The position numbers and the translations under genes were made by a program. Of a stretch of DNA of 64,000 nucleotides, positions 49,148 through 60,549 are shown one piece after another. Origin of the DNA: Sphagnum compactum. Taxonomy: Eukaryota. Every line of letters starts with the position of its first letter. Within the stretch, counting starts at the first letter, position 1. The stretch is taken from positions 18,776,213 through 18,840,212 of the forward strand of contig OZ234493.1 in the NCBI GenBank assembly GCA_965153455.1, written 5' to 3'. A model generated the notes under the pieces. The model was not told where the DNA came from and did not search any database. It saw nothing but the letters and a program-made list of their open reading frames with translations.

Positions 49148-49600
49148 GAACCGCCGGTTCCTCACCATGTTGGCATCAATATGGTAAACCTCGAGCTCTC
49201 ATACAGGTAGGCCACTATGTAGCCTCCCCCTTGTGTATTGATTGTCATATAACCATCGGTTCCTCACAAGGTGGAATTAATATGGAAAACTCTTTACAAT
49301 GCATGCCATACATAGCCATCCCATCTATTGTCATATAACACCCAACTCCTCACTATGTGGAAAAGTCCCTTACATGCCTTAACTTCCCCCCCATCTAGTA
49401 CCATATACCCGCTGGTCCCTTCTCCGAAGCACTAATATGGACACTCCCCTATTCTAGGGCATAGTTGGATCCTTATATTGCCACAAGAACCCGCCACATC
49501 CTTATCATGGGAGTCAATATGGAAACTCTCCTCTAGCAACTATGTCCTAGTAGAACGACCATCATCAATATGGAAAACTCTTGTATAGGGCCATTATACC
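49148..49600. repeat. Degenerate tandem repeat (~85-100 bp) after the DLH-A stop
   Basis: AATATGG.AA.CTC recurs at about 49178, 49279, 49434, 49516 and 49567. GGTTCCTCAC and ATTGTCATATAAC each occur twice. Confidence 0.55.
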
Positions 49601-49728
49601 TTCCTTCCTTCCTTCCCTATAGCACTTGGTGTAGAACTTCCATGGGCAGCTCTCATATAGAACCATAACTGGACCAATTAAGCACTTTATAAGTGCCAAT
49701 TTATGTGTGTGTTGTTTATCATTAGGTC

Positions 49729-50226
49729 TGTTTGTTGGCTTTGCCTAACAAGGCAAGGATATGGTGTTGAGATTCATTATAGAGTATATAGTAACTTAAT
49801 GGATTTTGGCCCCCTAGGTAATAGGCCTATTTTTATATGACAAAATATTCAAGTTTCCATAATTCTTCTTCTCCCTACTTTTCAATGTAAATGGCAAGGT
49901 CACAGTGGGACACACCCCCTTGTTTGTTGGTAGGCAAGGATATTGTGTTTATAGAGTATCGTAGCTTAAGGGATTTTGGTCCCTAGGTAATAATAGGTCT
50001 ATTTTGATATTAAGGATTTTTGAAGATGATATTTTGGCTTGTGTTGAAACTTGAGGTTAGTTATAGGGTTATACTATTTTGAAGGATTTTGGTTTTTTTT
50101 TTAGAGGTTTTTTTTAAGATTATATTTTTGCATGGTGAAATATTTGAGTTTCCAATAATTCTTCCTTTGCCTTAAAATACGGTTCAATGTAAATGGCAAG
50201 ACCACCAGTGTGACACACCCCTTGTT
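49729..50226. repeat. ~195-bp tandem duplication, second copy with an insertion
   Basis: TGTTTGTTGG..GGCAAGGATAT..GGATTTTGG.CCCTAGGTAATA..TTCAATGTAAATGGCAAG..GACACACCCCTTGTT occurs twice. Confidence 0.75.
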
Positions 50227-51084
50227 ACTTGTTACGGACCTTGCTTTCTCTTATTATTATTTATTTATTTTAACTTTGTGATATGAAATGTCTGGTACAT
50301 GCTACCATGCTCAAAACCTCTGATCTTGGGTCCAACTTTTTTTTTTAAATTTACAAGAAATCTCTGGTTCTGGTTCAAAAGGATGTTTTATAAATTTGAT
50401 AGAAGGTCCTTTGGTCCAGTTTGGGACTTAATTCTTCACATTTCAAGACACCTGGTTCTAGGTTCTTTTAAGATTTTATTTATTTTTTCCTTTTTACTAG
50501 CATTGGACCACCAATAAAATATGACTACCAATGTCACTTACAGGCCTAAACCCACCCAAAAAAAATTTATTTTAATAAAATTGCATACTTGAGACACTTT
50601 CCAAAAGTAAGAATTACATGCTTAATGGTCACACCCCACCCCCAAGTTATAACTTTTAAAAATTCATTGTTATAATAAAAAAAAACCTGGATTTTTTCCT
50701 CAAACTAACAACACGTCTAGACCTAATTTCCAAAAACCCAAAAAAAGAAAATAAAGAAAAAAGAAAAGAGTAGTGTAACTTGAGTAATCTTGCTAATTTT
50801 TTGAGAAAATTTCACCAAATTTTCAATATTACAAAATTGGGAAACAATCCCTGGTTGGTGTAAAAGAACCAACATACTTGGTAGGGGCTTGAGGCAATTT
50901 GAGAATGTTCTGAAAAGATCTTTTTTTTCTACCACAATTAATTAATTATTTAATAGACATGTGTTGAAGCTGCCCTTGTACTATGGTACAAAAGAATTAG
51001 TGTAAGTTGGAAAGAGGCTTTAATATACAGATTTATAAATTAAGTACTTTAATGTAATGTAAAGGCCAAAGGGAAGGGCCAGAG

Positions 51085-51369
51085 CAGTTTTGTTTTTTTT
51101 TTTCCCTGGCTAAATTTCGCCAGTTGGCTGATTGTTTTTTTCAAAATGGCTAAAAGTGTGTGTTTTTTATGTTTTCTAGTAGCCAGATTTTAACAATTTT
51201 TTTTATAAAAAAATTCAGATTTCTCTATTGGGCTCTAGCCTGTAGTCAAAATTGTGAAGGATTCTTAAATTTTTTTAATTTTCGTACCTGTTCCATAGCC
51301 AAATTTGGCTAAATCGTCTTGTGAATGATCACCAGTTTGGCTACATCACAAAATTGAAAAAAAAAACTG
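51085..51369. mobile_element. MITE-like element with CAGTTTT/AAAACTG ends
   Basis: Inverted T-tract/A-tract ends starting CAG and ending CTG, with shared internal TAGCCAAATTTGGCTA motif. No clear TSD. Confidence 0.55.
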
Positions 51370-51892
51370 TACTTTGTACAGAATGGGTTATCAAGGTGAA
51401 TTAACTCAAGTTGAGGTTCATCCACAATTAACTCACAACAGCCATCCAGTGGATGATGCACTGGTGGTGCTGGTTCACTCTGGGTATGCACAAAATAAGG
51501 GCCCAAGGATGAGGGTTTAGCCAAGTCCTGCCCCGCATTTTGCAAGTATCCTCACCCATGGACTTTACTTATTGTAAAAGCACCATGTTAAGGTCGTCGC
51601 ACTGGAAGCCAAGGAGGGTTCTTACACCTACTTGTTATTGCCCCCAAGCTGATGGACGTGCATGTGTAGATTTTGGGTGCACCCATCCAATTGATGGGTT
51701 GTTTTGAAGTCTTTTGATGGGTCCGAATCTTAAGCAGTACTAGGTCAAATCCGTTCTAATCTAAACTGTCTGAACACTTTCACCGAAGAAACCAGTTCAC
51801 TTAATGTGAAAGTGGTTCTAATAAGGTAAAACTTCCAAAAGTTGGATCCAATGTGCCCAATAAACACCCCATAATTTGACATCATTTATACG

Positions 51893-52008
51893 TAGGGTGT
51901 TCTTATGAAGGGCTATTAGTCCAGGCCAAAAATAGTGGCAGCCGATATTACGAATAGAATTTTCATGCAACCAATGAGAAGTTGTGCTATGGAGTGAAGG
52001 GGCCACCC
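51893..52008 (+). repeat. Dispersed repeat; inverted copy at about 63585-63696
   Basis: AGGGCTATT..TCCAGGCCAAAAATAGTGGCAGCC..ATGCA.CCAATGAGAAGT..GAGTGAAGGGGCC matches the reverse complement of 63585-63696. Confidence 0.8.
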
Positions 52009-52744
52009 TTTTTTTCTTTTTCTTTTTACATAGATGGAGTGCTTTTACAAGTAGCTTTCACATTGGTTGCATTTTGTCCATTTTCACTAAAAAAGGTACA
52101 TAACTTATGGCCAAAAAGGACTTGAGTCTTGGAGATTTTTAAACGCTTCTGATGTTTAGGTTCAATTATCCAACAATCAGTAGAGATATCCTAAACTCAG
52201 CCTGTCATTGGGCCCTAGTTTGACCCTGCAATCCCTGTTTCATCCCCAATTTTCTCGGGGCCATAAAGCGAGCCAAACTTGGTGCCGTTTAATGATATAG
52301 TGAAGAATGAATATCTTTCTTTGTAAGAATATATTTTCAAGGAGACTAAGAAAATTGTCTTGTTTTTTTTCTTGCTAAGTAGACATAAAGTAGTAAGAAG
52401 ACTCATCCTAACATTATTATGTATTGGATTTTTTAGTTGAATGAGAAAACATTATTGTGTATAAATTTTCATCTCTTATTGTTAAACAAGTTTTGAATAG
52501 GGTTTTCAAAATGTATGTAGTTTTTGAAGTCTCTTTTTACAGAATGTGAACTTTGTAAAATATGTATTAAGTGTGTACTAACAAGTAAAAAATATAAAAT
52601 ATTTTTTATTGTCCTCTCAAAAATACAATGATGCTTACATTGTAACTTAGTATATGTACATTTAATTGAATATTTTGTGTTGAAGGCTCTTCCAGTAGCA
52701 ATTTATCATTTAGTAAACAAAAAACTTTTAGAATTTATTTATAA

Positions 52745-53126
52745 CGAGTTGTTGGTAACCCGTGGCTACGCCACTCCAGCCACCCCCAAGAAAAGGAGGG
52801 AGGACCCAAAAAAAACGAAAAAAAAAAAAAAAAAAAAAAACACCTCCCTTCACTCCCCCGTGCGGTCCTTTCCCGCCCGTCCCCCCCCTGCTGGCCCCCT
52901 CCCCCACCTGTGCTGCCCCCCCCCGGCTGGCCCCCCCCTGCTGGCCCCCCCCACCCCCGCTAGCCCCCCCCCCCCCCCACCCCTGCTGGCCCCCCCTGCT
53001 GCCGCTCAGTAACTTCCTAACTGCCGCTCAGTAAAAAGTAACTTAGGTAAATTAGGTAACTTCGAAAAGGTAAAAACGGACAGACGGACGCACGCACGCA
53101 CACCATGTTTGTAATTATATATAAGA
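52745..53126 (-). mobile_element. Non-autonomous Helitron
   Basis: On the minus strand: 5' A|TCTTATATATAATTACAAAC..(GTGC)n GTCCGTCTGTCC; 3' hairpin GTGGCGTAGCCAC followed 13 nt later by CTCG|T (CTRR variant). Inserted between A and T with no TSD. Confidence 0.75.
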
Positions 53127-56100
53127 TTCTCAGTTACTAAAAGTTGTTTTTCACAAGAATAATAAAAGGAACAAAGGGTTTTTAAATCATATTTTCACCC
53201 ATTTTAATGTTTTTTTTAATATATATGCACCATACAAGATAAAAATGGATATCCTTTTTTTTTGGGTCTACTTTATTACACTTACATCCAAAGAAATAAC
53301 CAAGATGAAACTAATAATGGAAGCATTAGTAATAATGGCTTTTACTTTTTTGGAAATGAAATAGAACAAACATGTAGAATTTATTTTAATATTGTTTATT
53401 GGTTCATTTCCACAACAAAAGAGTAATTTTACATCATGAAAATTGTCTTCCAATTATCGACATATTATGCAAATGAAAGCTTAACAACATGCATTCTTTC
53501 ATGAACTCGTTACTTTTTCAATTGTGGATCACAGAGGTGGATGAATTTAGTTATAACATGGAAAAAATATCATCACCAAAAATAATCCATCACAAACTTC
53601 TAGTTCTAAAACTTGAAGAAGGAAAGACATGTGAGGCATGAAAAGATTTGAAAAGATTATATGTGATGATAGATTACTTAGCTAGCAAGAAACACAAGTT
53701 AATCAACTCCCAAAAAGCTTGAGATTTTTGGCCATTACCAATCACCTAATCTTGAGTTACATTATAAAAACACAATAAGGTTGGTTCTCTTACATCAAGT
53801 TGCAATTTTTCCCTTTTCAAGGTCACATTCCCAAGTGTAGCAAAAATTGATCTTGTTTCATATGTAGGAGCTTGAGTGTGTAGCACAAGAGGTGGGGCAC
53901 AAATAGGTTGGCTTGCCACAAATCATGTGCGCCAAGCACAAGAACTCAGGTGTCAAAAGGTTAGATTAATGTGGATCAAGGGTGTGAAATGCAAGAGTTT
54001 GGATATTGAAATGGTAAGTCGCCACAAACCATGCATGTGAAGCACAAGAACGTTATTGTAAGAAGGTTGATTTGTTGCAAATAAGGCTTTGAGGAACTAA
54101 CATTGTTGTTGTTGACAAGTTTGCAATGGCTCATACAACCCTTTGTATCCTATCCATTTATGTTCATGTGTGGCCTAAACTAGTGAAACATTGTTTGCCC
54201 AAAACACCATATGTGGTTGCAAAGGTGTTGGTGTGGACCCACTCAAGTGAAAGCTTTCCCACTATGTAAGAATTACCATGGTAAAGACACATGTAGAACC
54301 ATGGTGGAACTATTTTTAATAAGAACATTGAGACGTCTAGGACAAAAACAAATCCTCAATGTCTAATAGATATTAGAGGCTCAACATCTAACCATTTTAA
54401 AACTATCAACATGGAGAAAATTCATTAATTTAAATGCCTCAAGCTTGTGGTGGATAACGTATGGTCTTCTATTAGTTGATGCCAAGTATTCTATTACTAA
54501 TACAAATGTTAAGTTTACTTAGATACATTTTTCAAATGTAGTTCATACCTTTGGCTAAATAGGTTAATGGCCAACATCTAATTCTTGATCCTTCATTGTC
54601 ACTAAATTTGGAAATATTCATTTGATTTTTGACATGTGCATCAAAATATTATTCTTAATTTTTTAAAAACCTTACAATAATTTTCTAACCACAAAAATAT
54701 GCCTTTTATTGTTGTTCACAAATCCTTAGATATTTTGAATTATTTATAATAGTAATTTGTCAAGACGTTACTTTTGAACTATTCTTATGTAATCCATTAT
54801 TTTTCCACTTGTTATTATGAACCCCATATATCAATGTTTCTAAAAATAATATGATAATTTTTAGTGACCATGAAATAAGATTATTAATAAATTTGTCCCA
54901 ATTAACTTTTTTTCCCTTATTTTATGATGTAGCCAACGTGGTGATGCCCTACATGAATGTTTATAATAATATGTTCAAGATATGGAAGTATTCTATATTA
55001 TTGTTTACCTACTAGAAATTCAGCAAATTTCACTAAAATGGTAAAATGATAATTTATGGGTCAAAACACTTCCAATTGAAGAGCTTAATATATTGTTGTA
55101 GAAATCAGAACTTGACAATTTTGGGACTTAACTTCTAATTTTTGGAATCCCAAGGGGATCACACTAACGTATACACAAGCAGTTGTAACCAATGTTTAGT
55201 TTTGTGTATCTAACATTTTTTTAAAAAAATAAAATTCAAATGAAATTACTTTCACATAATGTTATTTTTAATGTATTGGTATATATATTTTAAAAGTTTA
55301 AAGTCAATCCAATGAATGAAAATTCATACCCAAAAGCATTTTTGAAAATATTGTAATTAGTGTTTTTAACATTAAAAAAACTTGTAAATGGACTTGACTT
55401 GTTTGACCATCACATACATTTAATGAATTTTTAATGTAAACCATAACATAATAGAGTGATGAATTTTTTTTTACATCTAAAGATTTTCTTAAACACTTTT
55501 GTTCAAAATATTTTATGAATATTTTAGAATAAACATCCACTAAGCTGTCACCAAAGGAAGCAAGTGTGGATCATGACATCTTGTTTGCACCCCAAAACAA
55601 ATGATTATTCAAATGTAGCCCTATGGAAAACTAAAGAGGAGAATGGTGATTCTTCTCAATTGTAAGCTATGATGAGTGTTGTGAGTTCATATTATTTTGT
55701 AATTTATCGATGCACCATTATGCATTATCCATCCTTTTGTTTAGTTTGCACAATTTGACATGTTCGTAGGTTATGCATTAATAATATTAGGCATTAAAAT
55801 AAACATATGTACAAAATAATTTAACTATTACTTGTTAGTAAGTTCAATAGATAGGATGGAGAGGGAATAATTTATATTAAACTTTTGAACTAGAATAGAT
55901 AACAATAATGAAATGATATTTACTTCATCAAAAGAGGGCCTAGATGCAAAAACAACTTGATAGTTTGTTTACTTGGGTTGTAATGCATGCCTTGTTTGCT
56001 TTGAGCTAGAACCCGAAAGGTTTTTTATGTTTACCTTTTTTGAAAACAAACTAATGTCCATTGTCTGTAATTAATAATTTTTTGGGTGCCAAGTTCATGG

Positions 56101-56194
56101 TCTTCATCATTTGATATATGGTATAGTATTAAAATGTTTGTTCATATGCTTTCAAAACTAAATTTGAACATTTCATGTTCATACTTCTTTGGCA

Positions 56195-56480
56195 CACAAT
56201 CACCTCCTTTTCTTCATCATTTTTCCTGTTTTCAACTTTTTTTTAAATTCCAACAAAAATATGGTGCTAGAATTCAATGCAAGCATAAGATTTAAATTAA
56301 TAAGATTAGAGTGGTTAAATATGTGGATATTAAAATTTCAAATAATATCAATGAAGGGAAAATTAAAGCTCCTTCACATAGCACCTTGCAAATAATTATT
56401 TTTTTAATACACATAGTGAGAAAATTAACACATAATGTCCCCCCGAAACAGAAAGATAATCTTCTTCCTAACCTCCAAGG
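56195..56480 (-). mobile_element. Possible decayed hAT transposase C-terminal (dimerisation) remnant
   Basis: Fragments VLCEG.. and LNLMLALNS...KMMKKRR resemble the CERxFS..LM.IxLN..W..xKxRR pattern. Heavily degraded, judged by eye. Confidence 0.3.
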
Positions 56481-58529
56481 TGTAAGCAAGATAAAGTGAA
56501 CAACTTAATTATCTTGTCAAAATTGGAACACGTAGATTTAAAATTGCAACAAAACCCTTTATATAATTGTGAAACATTGAATGTTTTCATTTCAATGATT
56601 AAAAATAATATATGTTTACACTAATGTGCATTGATTTTCATATTTCAAATTGTAATTTAAATAGGTTTGAAATAAGTTTTTCAAAATACAAGTAGTTTTC
56701 GACATTTACTTTTTAGTGTGGGCTTTTCATTTCAAATAAGTGTCAAGTAAGTTCTTACAAAAAAAAAATTATTTTTTTATGACTTAGTATACGAATGTTG
56801 ATTTTCATTTCCTATCTTATTACATATCAATTTCATTATTTTTTCTAACTAAAAAGTAGGTTTGAACACATATTTTTCAATCAACTTCAACAAAAAAAAA
56901 TTTACTTTTTTAATTAATTTTTTAAAAAATTAAAAAATTAAATTCTTATAATTTAATAAAGAAAATTGATGTTATTTGACACATACTTTCACCTAATTTG
57001 ATGTTATTTTATAGTAGTTATATGAACAACACAAGGTTGAAATGAAGACATCTATTTTTCTATTTACATTATTTTGCTTTGATATTCCAAAGGACTATTT
57101 TTTTTTGGAATTGGATATCAATTGGCAAGTTCAAATTATGTGAATTCCTTTTATGAAAGAACTTAGGAATGTCACATAGGACGTTATCATGTTTTTGGGT
57201 TGATTCCCATGACACAAAAAATATTACCCTTTCTAACCATCACATTTCAAGAATCTTAATGAATGATCCATGTGGGTATGATATGCATAACATTTACCCT
57301 AGGGCCTATGGTTTGAATTATACCATTATAATACACCAATTGATTATAGCTATTCAAGGGGGGAAAAATTCCAACTATTTATTATGAATAAAAATGTATG
57401 TGCACTTCAAAATTTGTATGAAAATCAATTATTTAGTGGTATATATTCGTGGTTCAAATTATAATCTGTGGGACTCCAATTTTACATATATGTAATAACT
57501 TCATGAACAAGCATTCCATTTTGCAAAATACCTACTAACAAAGCAAACCAATATGGTGGGACCTCCTATTGGTGCACATAATTTCCTACTATAATAATAA
57601 GAGGTATTGTTGTTTTAAGGTGGTTGCAAGATATTAAGGTGGCTCAATTTCAACAAATAAATAGTCTTTAAAAAGTCCATTCAATAATGTTAAAATGAAG
57701 GTTTAATATGATATTATTGCTTGAGCGGGGGATTTCAAAATAGTTGCAAGCTAACATGATTTAATTTTGACAAATAAATAGTCCTCAAGAAGTTCATTTG
57801 GTAGTTTTAAGATGACAATTTAATATGATATTATTGCTTAAGGGGAGATTACAAGGTGATTAATGAGCTAATAAATATTATATGAATAAAAATCTAACTA
57901 CATTATTTTTTAACATACATGTTCACACAAAAAAGTTAATCCATCAAAAATTGATCATGATATCAACATTTGAAAATAAGGTCCATTTCAAAACATTAAA
58001 AAATCCATATTTTTTTTATTAAGGTTTTTTTAATTATTTTTTTGGATCTTTTTTATTTAAAAAATCACATATTATATATTGAGTCCTTATAAGTAACCCA
58101 AAAAAAATTCATGAACAAAAATGTATCTATATAAAATCACTTATTGAAGTCCAATCCATATTTTTCGATTTCAAAAGTTGATCACTTTATATTTGGTGTA
58201 TATATATTACAATTTTTATATGAATATTTTTTTTATTTAAGTTGAAAATCTTAATCCAAGATCAAATTTGACATCCTAATCATTTTATGGGAGGTTGATG
58301 ACATGTTAATGCATAACAATTTACTAAAAAAATAAGATACCTCAAAAAATGATCCACCCTCTCTTACAACCACCCACTAACTTGCCTTAACTATTAATAA
58401 CGATGTTGAATAATTGCCTCACAACAAGGCATTACAATCTACACCCAGAACTTGGGCTTATCATGGGCTTATCATTAGTTCGTAAGGTGTAATGCCCTAC
58501 TACCAAGGCATTATAACCTCTACTTTCTA

Positions 58530-59120
58530 CAAGGTAAAATCTAGTGAGAATGGGGTTAGGTTTGAGGTGGCAAATGGAATGAGCTTTCACAAGATCATCA
58601 CACCATAATCATAAAACACAATAATTTGGAAGTTGCCAACATCAAAATGCTGCAACATATTTAATCTTTACCCATCCATGCATCCCCCGAATTGCCTAAA
58701 AGTCCTATTCAAGTCATACACATTGAAATAGTGTAGATCGACTTGAAATTGCACAAATAATTAGTACAGAGAACATTAAAAGTCCATAGAGTCTGAGTAT
58801 GCAAAGTGGCTCAAACTCTACCATAGGTACCACCACATGGTTGTAACTTAACAAACCCTTTGGACTCAAAAACCGTCCAATGTGGCTACTTAGGGTTCCA
58901 AAAAGCCCTGAACATGAAGTGAACCATCGGAGCAATGAACATATATGTTCATATCCACGATGTATGCAGACTGAGATGACATTGCATGGGGTCATGGGGA
59001 TTGTCCAAAACATCGAATGGGCGAGTGAATGTCATCCAATATAAACTATACTTAAGGTCCAAGGCCCCTAGACAATGGTTATAATCTAAGAGGAGAAGAA
59101 GACCCCTTGCAAACTAGATT
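58530..59120 (-). mobile_element. Possible second decayed CRE-like retroelement fragment
   Basis: Weak frame-shifting resemblance to the post-RT region of the 37.7-43.8 kb element (DVLDNP.., IICAISSR). By eye only. Confidence 0.25.
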
Positions 59121-59626
59121 TTTATTGACCCTGTCCATAGGGGCATTGTTGTAGGATTTGGCATAAATTTTTTGACTCAACCATCACTAAATAGAGTTCT
59201 CCGTAAAGTAAGAAAAACAAGGACACCATAACCCTGAGTTGACAACCATCAACTTTGGTGGTAAACTGAGTTTCATCTTGTCATTCCTTTTTCCTGAGTG
59301 CCTCCACTGCTGCTACATATATTTTCACTGATTCTACCTATACAACTACTATAATTAGTCTCGAACCTTGTGCATTAAATGCTGAGTTACAGCATTTCAT
59401 TATAAGATTTTATAAAATGTCTTTGTTTTGGAGACACCACTGAAAGAAGGGATAGGGGATGAAAGGAGGCCCAAAGACAGGGTGAAGACAGGGTTACTTT
59501 GTGGATAACTCTAATGTATCCATGACATTTGGAGTAGTGTGTGTGGATGGGCATATTCCATAAAAATGCATGCATCTAGACGAGTTCTAGACCCGCAAAA
59601 AGAAGTATTTAGTTAAAAGTTTGAAC

Positions 59627-59960
59627 CAGTGTTGGGCAGTTACTACAAATTTAGGATAGACCCTCATGGTTATCAAGGTGATTCTTAACATGCATATGTC
59701 ACGGTTCTTAAAAAAGATCAAATACTAGACTCTCAAATACCAGAATTGGGTATTTGATTTTTTTTGAGATGCATGCACCATAGTTCTCAAAATTTTGAAA
59801 AAAATTAATTTAATTATTAACCAACTACAAAATAATTGATTCTTTACCGGTTTTTTCATGGAAAACAAAAGTTCTTGAAGGTTTTTGAAATAACCGGGAT
59901 CAACAACTCTTTGATTCTGATACTTTTTGAAGAACTGAGACTGAAAAATTGGGAAAATAA
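59627..59960. mobile_element. hAT-type MITE, right end not identified
   Basis: GTTTGAAC|CAGTGTTGGG left end. Interior closely resembles 14600-14955 (TTCTCAA.TTT, TTCATG.AAA..AGTTCTT.GAGG, TCTTTGATTCTGA). Confidence 0.65.
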
Positions 59961-60010
59961 AATCGGAAATTTTCAATTTTTTTTCCTGTAAATTCAACCC
60001 AAAAGAATGA

Positions 60011-60048
<38 letters not shown>

Positions 60049-60216
60049 CCACAAAACTTTCAAAATCACAAAACTTAGTGGAAAGAAAAATTAATTAATC
60101 ATTTTTTAATTTTATTAAAAACACACACACGCACACACACACACACAAACTGACACTGTATAACTATACACGGTATATGTAATGATGGACATTTAAGTTA
60201 CAAAGATTTAATATAA

Positions 60217-60430
60217 AGGTGCATTCACACTTGGTGTTAGGGAGTTTAGTGTTGTCCCCTAACATCATGCTAGTCATTTATGACTTACACTTACTTAGCA
60301 GAAACATTTTATGTTAAGCTAACATTCATTCACCTAACTTTAAGCTATTGCCCATTAAACATTGGGTGCCACCTAGGATGCCACCTAGATTTCATTTAAC
60401 AATGACTTAACATCAAGTGTGAATGCACCA
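60217..60430. mobile_element. Harbinger/Tourist-like MITE
   Basis: 22-bp near-perfect TIR GGTGCATTCACACTTGGTGTTA / TAACATCAAGTGTGAATGCACC, with TAA one base outside each TIR. Confidence 0.8.
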
Positions 60431-60549
60431 TAATAAGACCAGATCATGCAGCTTTTATTCTCTACTTACACGGGAAGAAACTAGGGTTTAGGGTTTGGTG
60501 CTCCATCCCTGCCGCTGCTGCTGCGCTTGCTTGCGAGCTCCTCGGCAGT

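Noticed and set aside
52677-53034. Lys/Pro-rich ORFs resembling formin or extensin
   Set aside because: They are translations of poly-A and poly-C tracts inside the Helitron.
53260-54200. Possible transposase remnants in AT-rich DNA
   Set aside because: Too degraded to assign by eye; it needs a frameshift-aware profile search.
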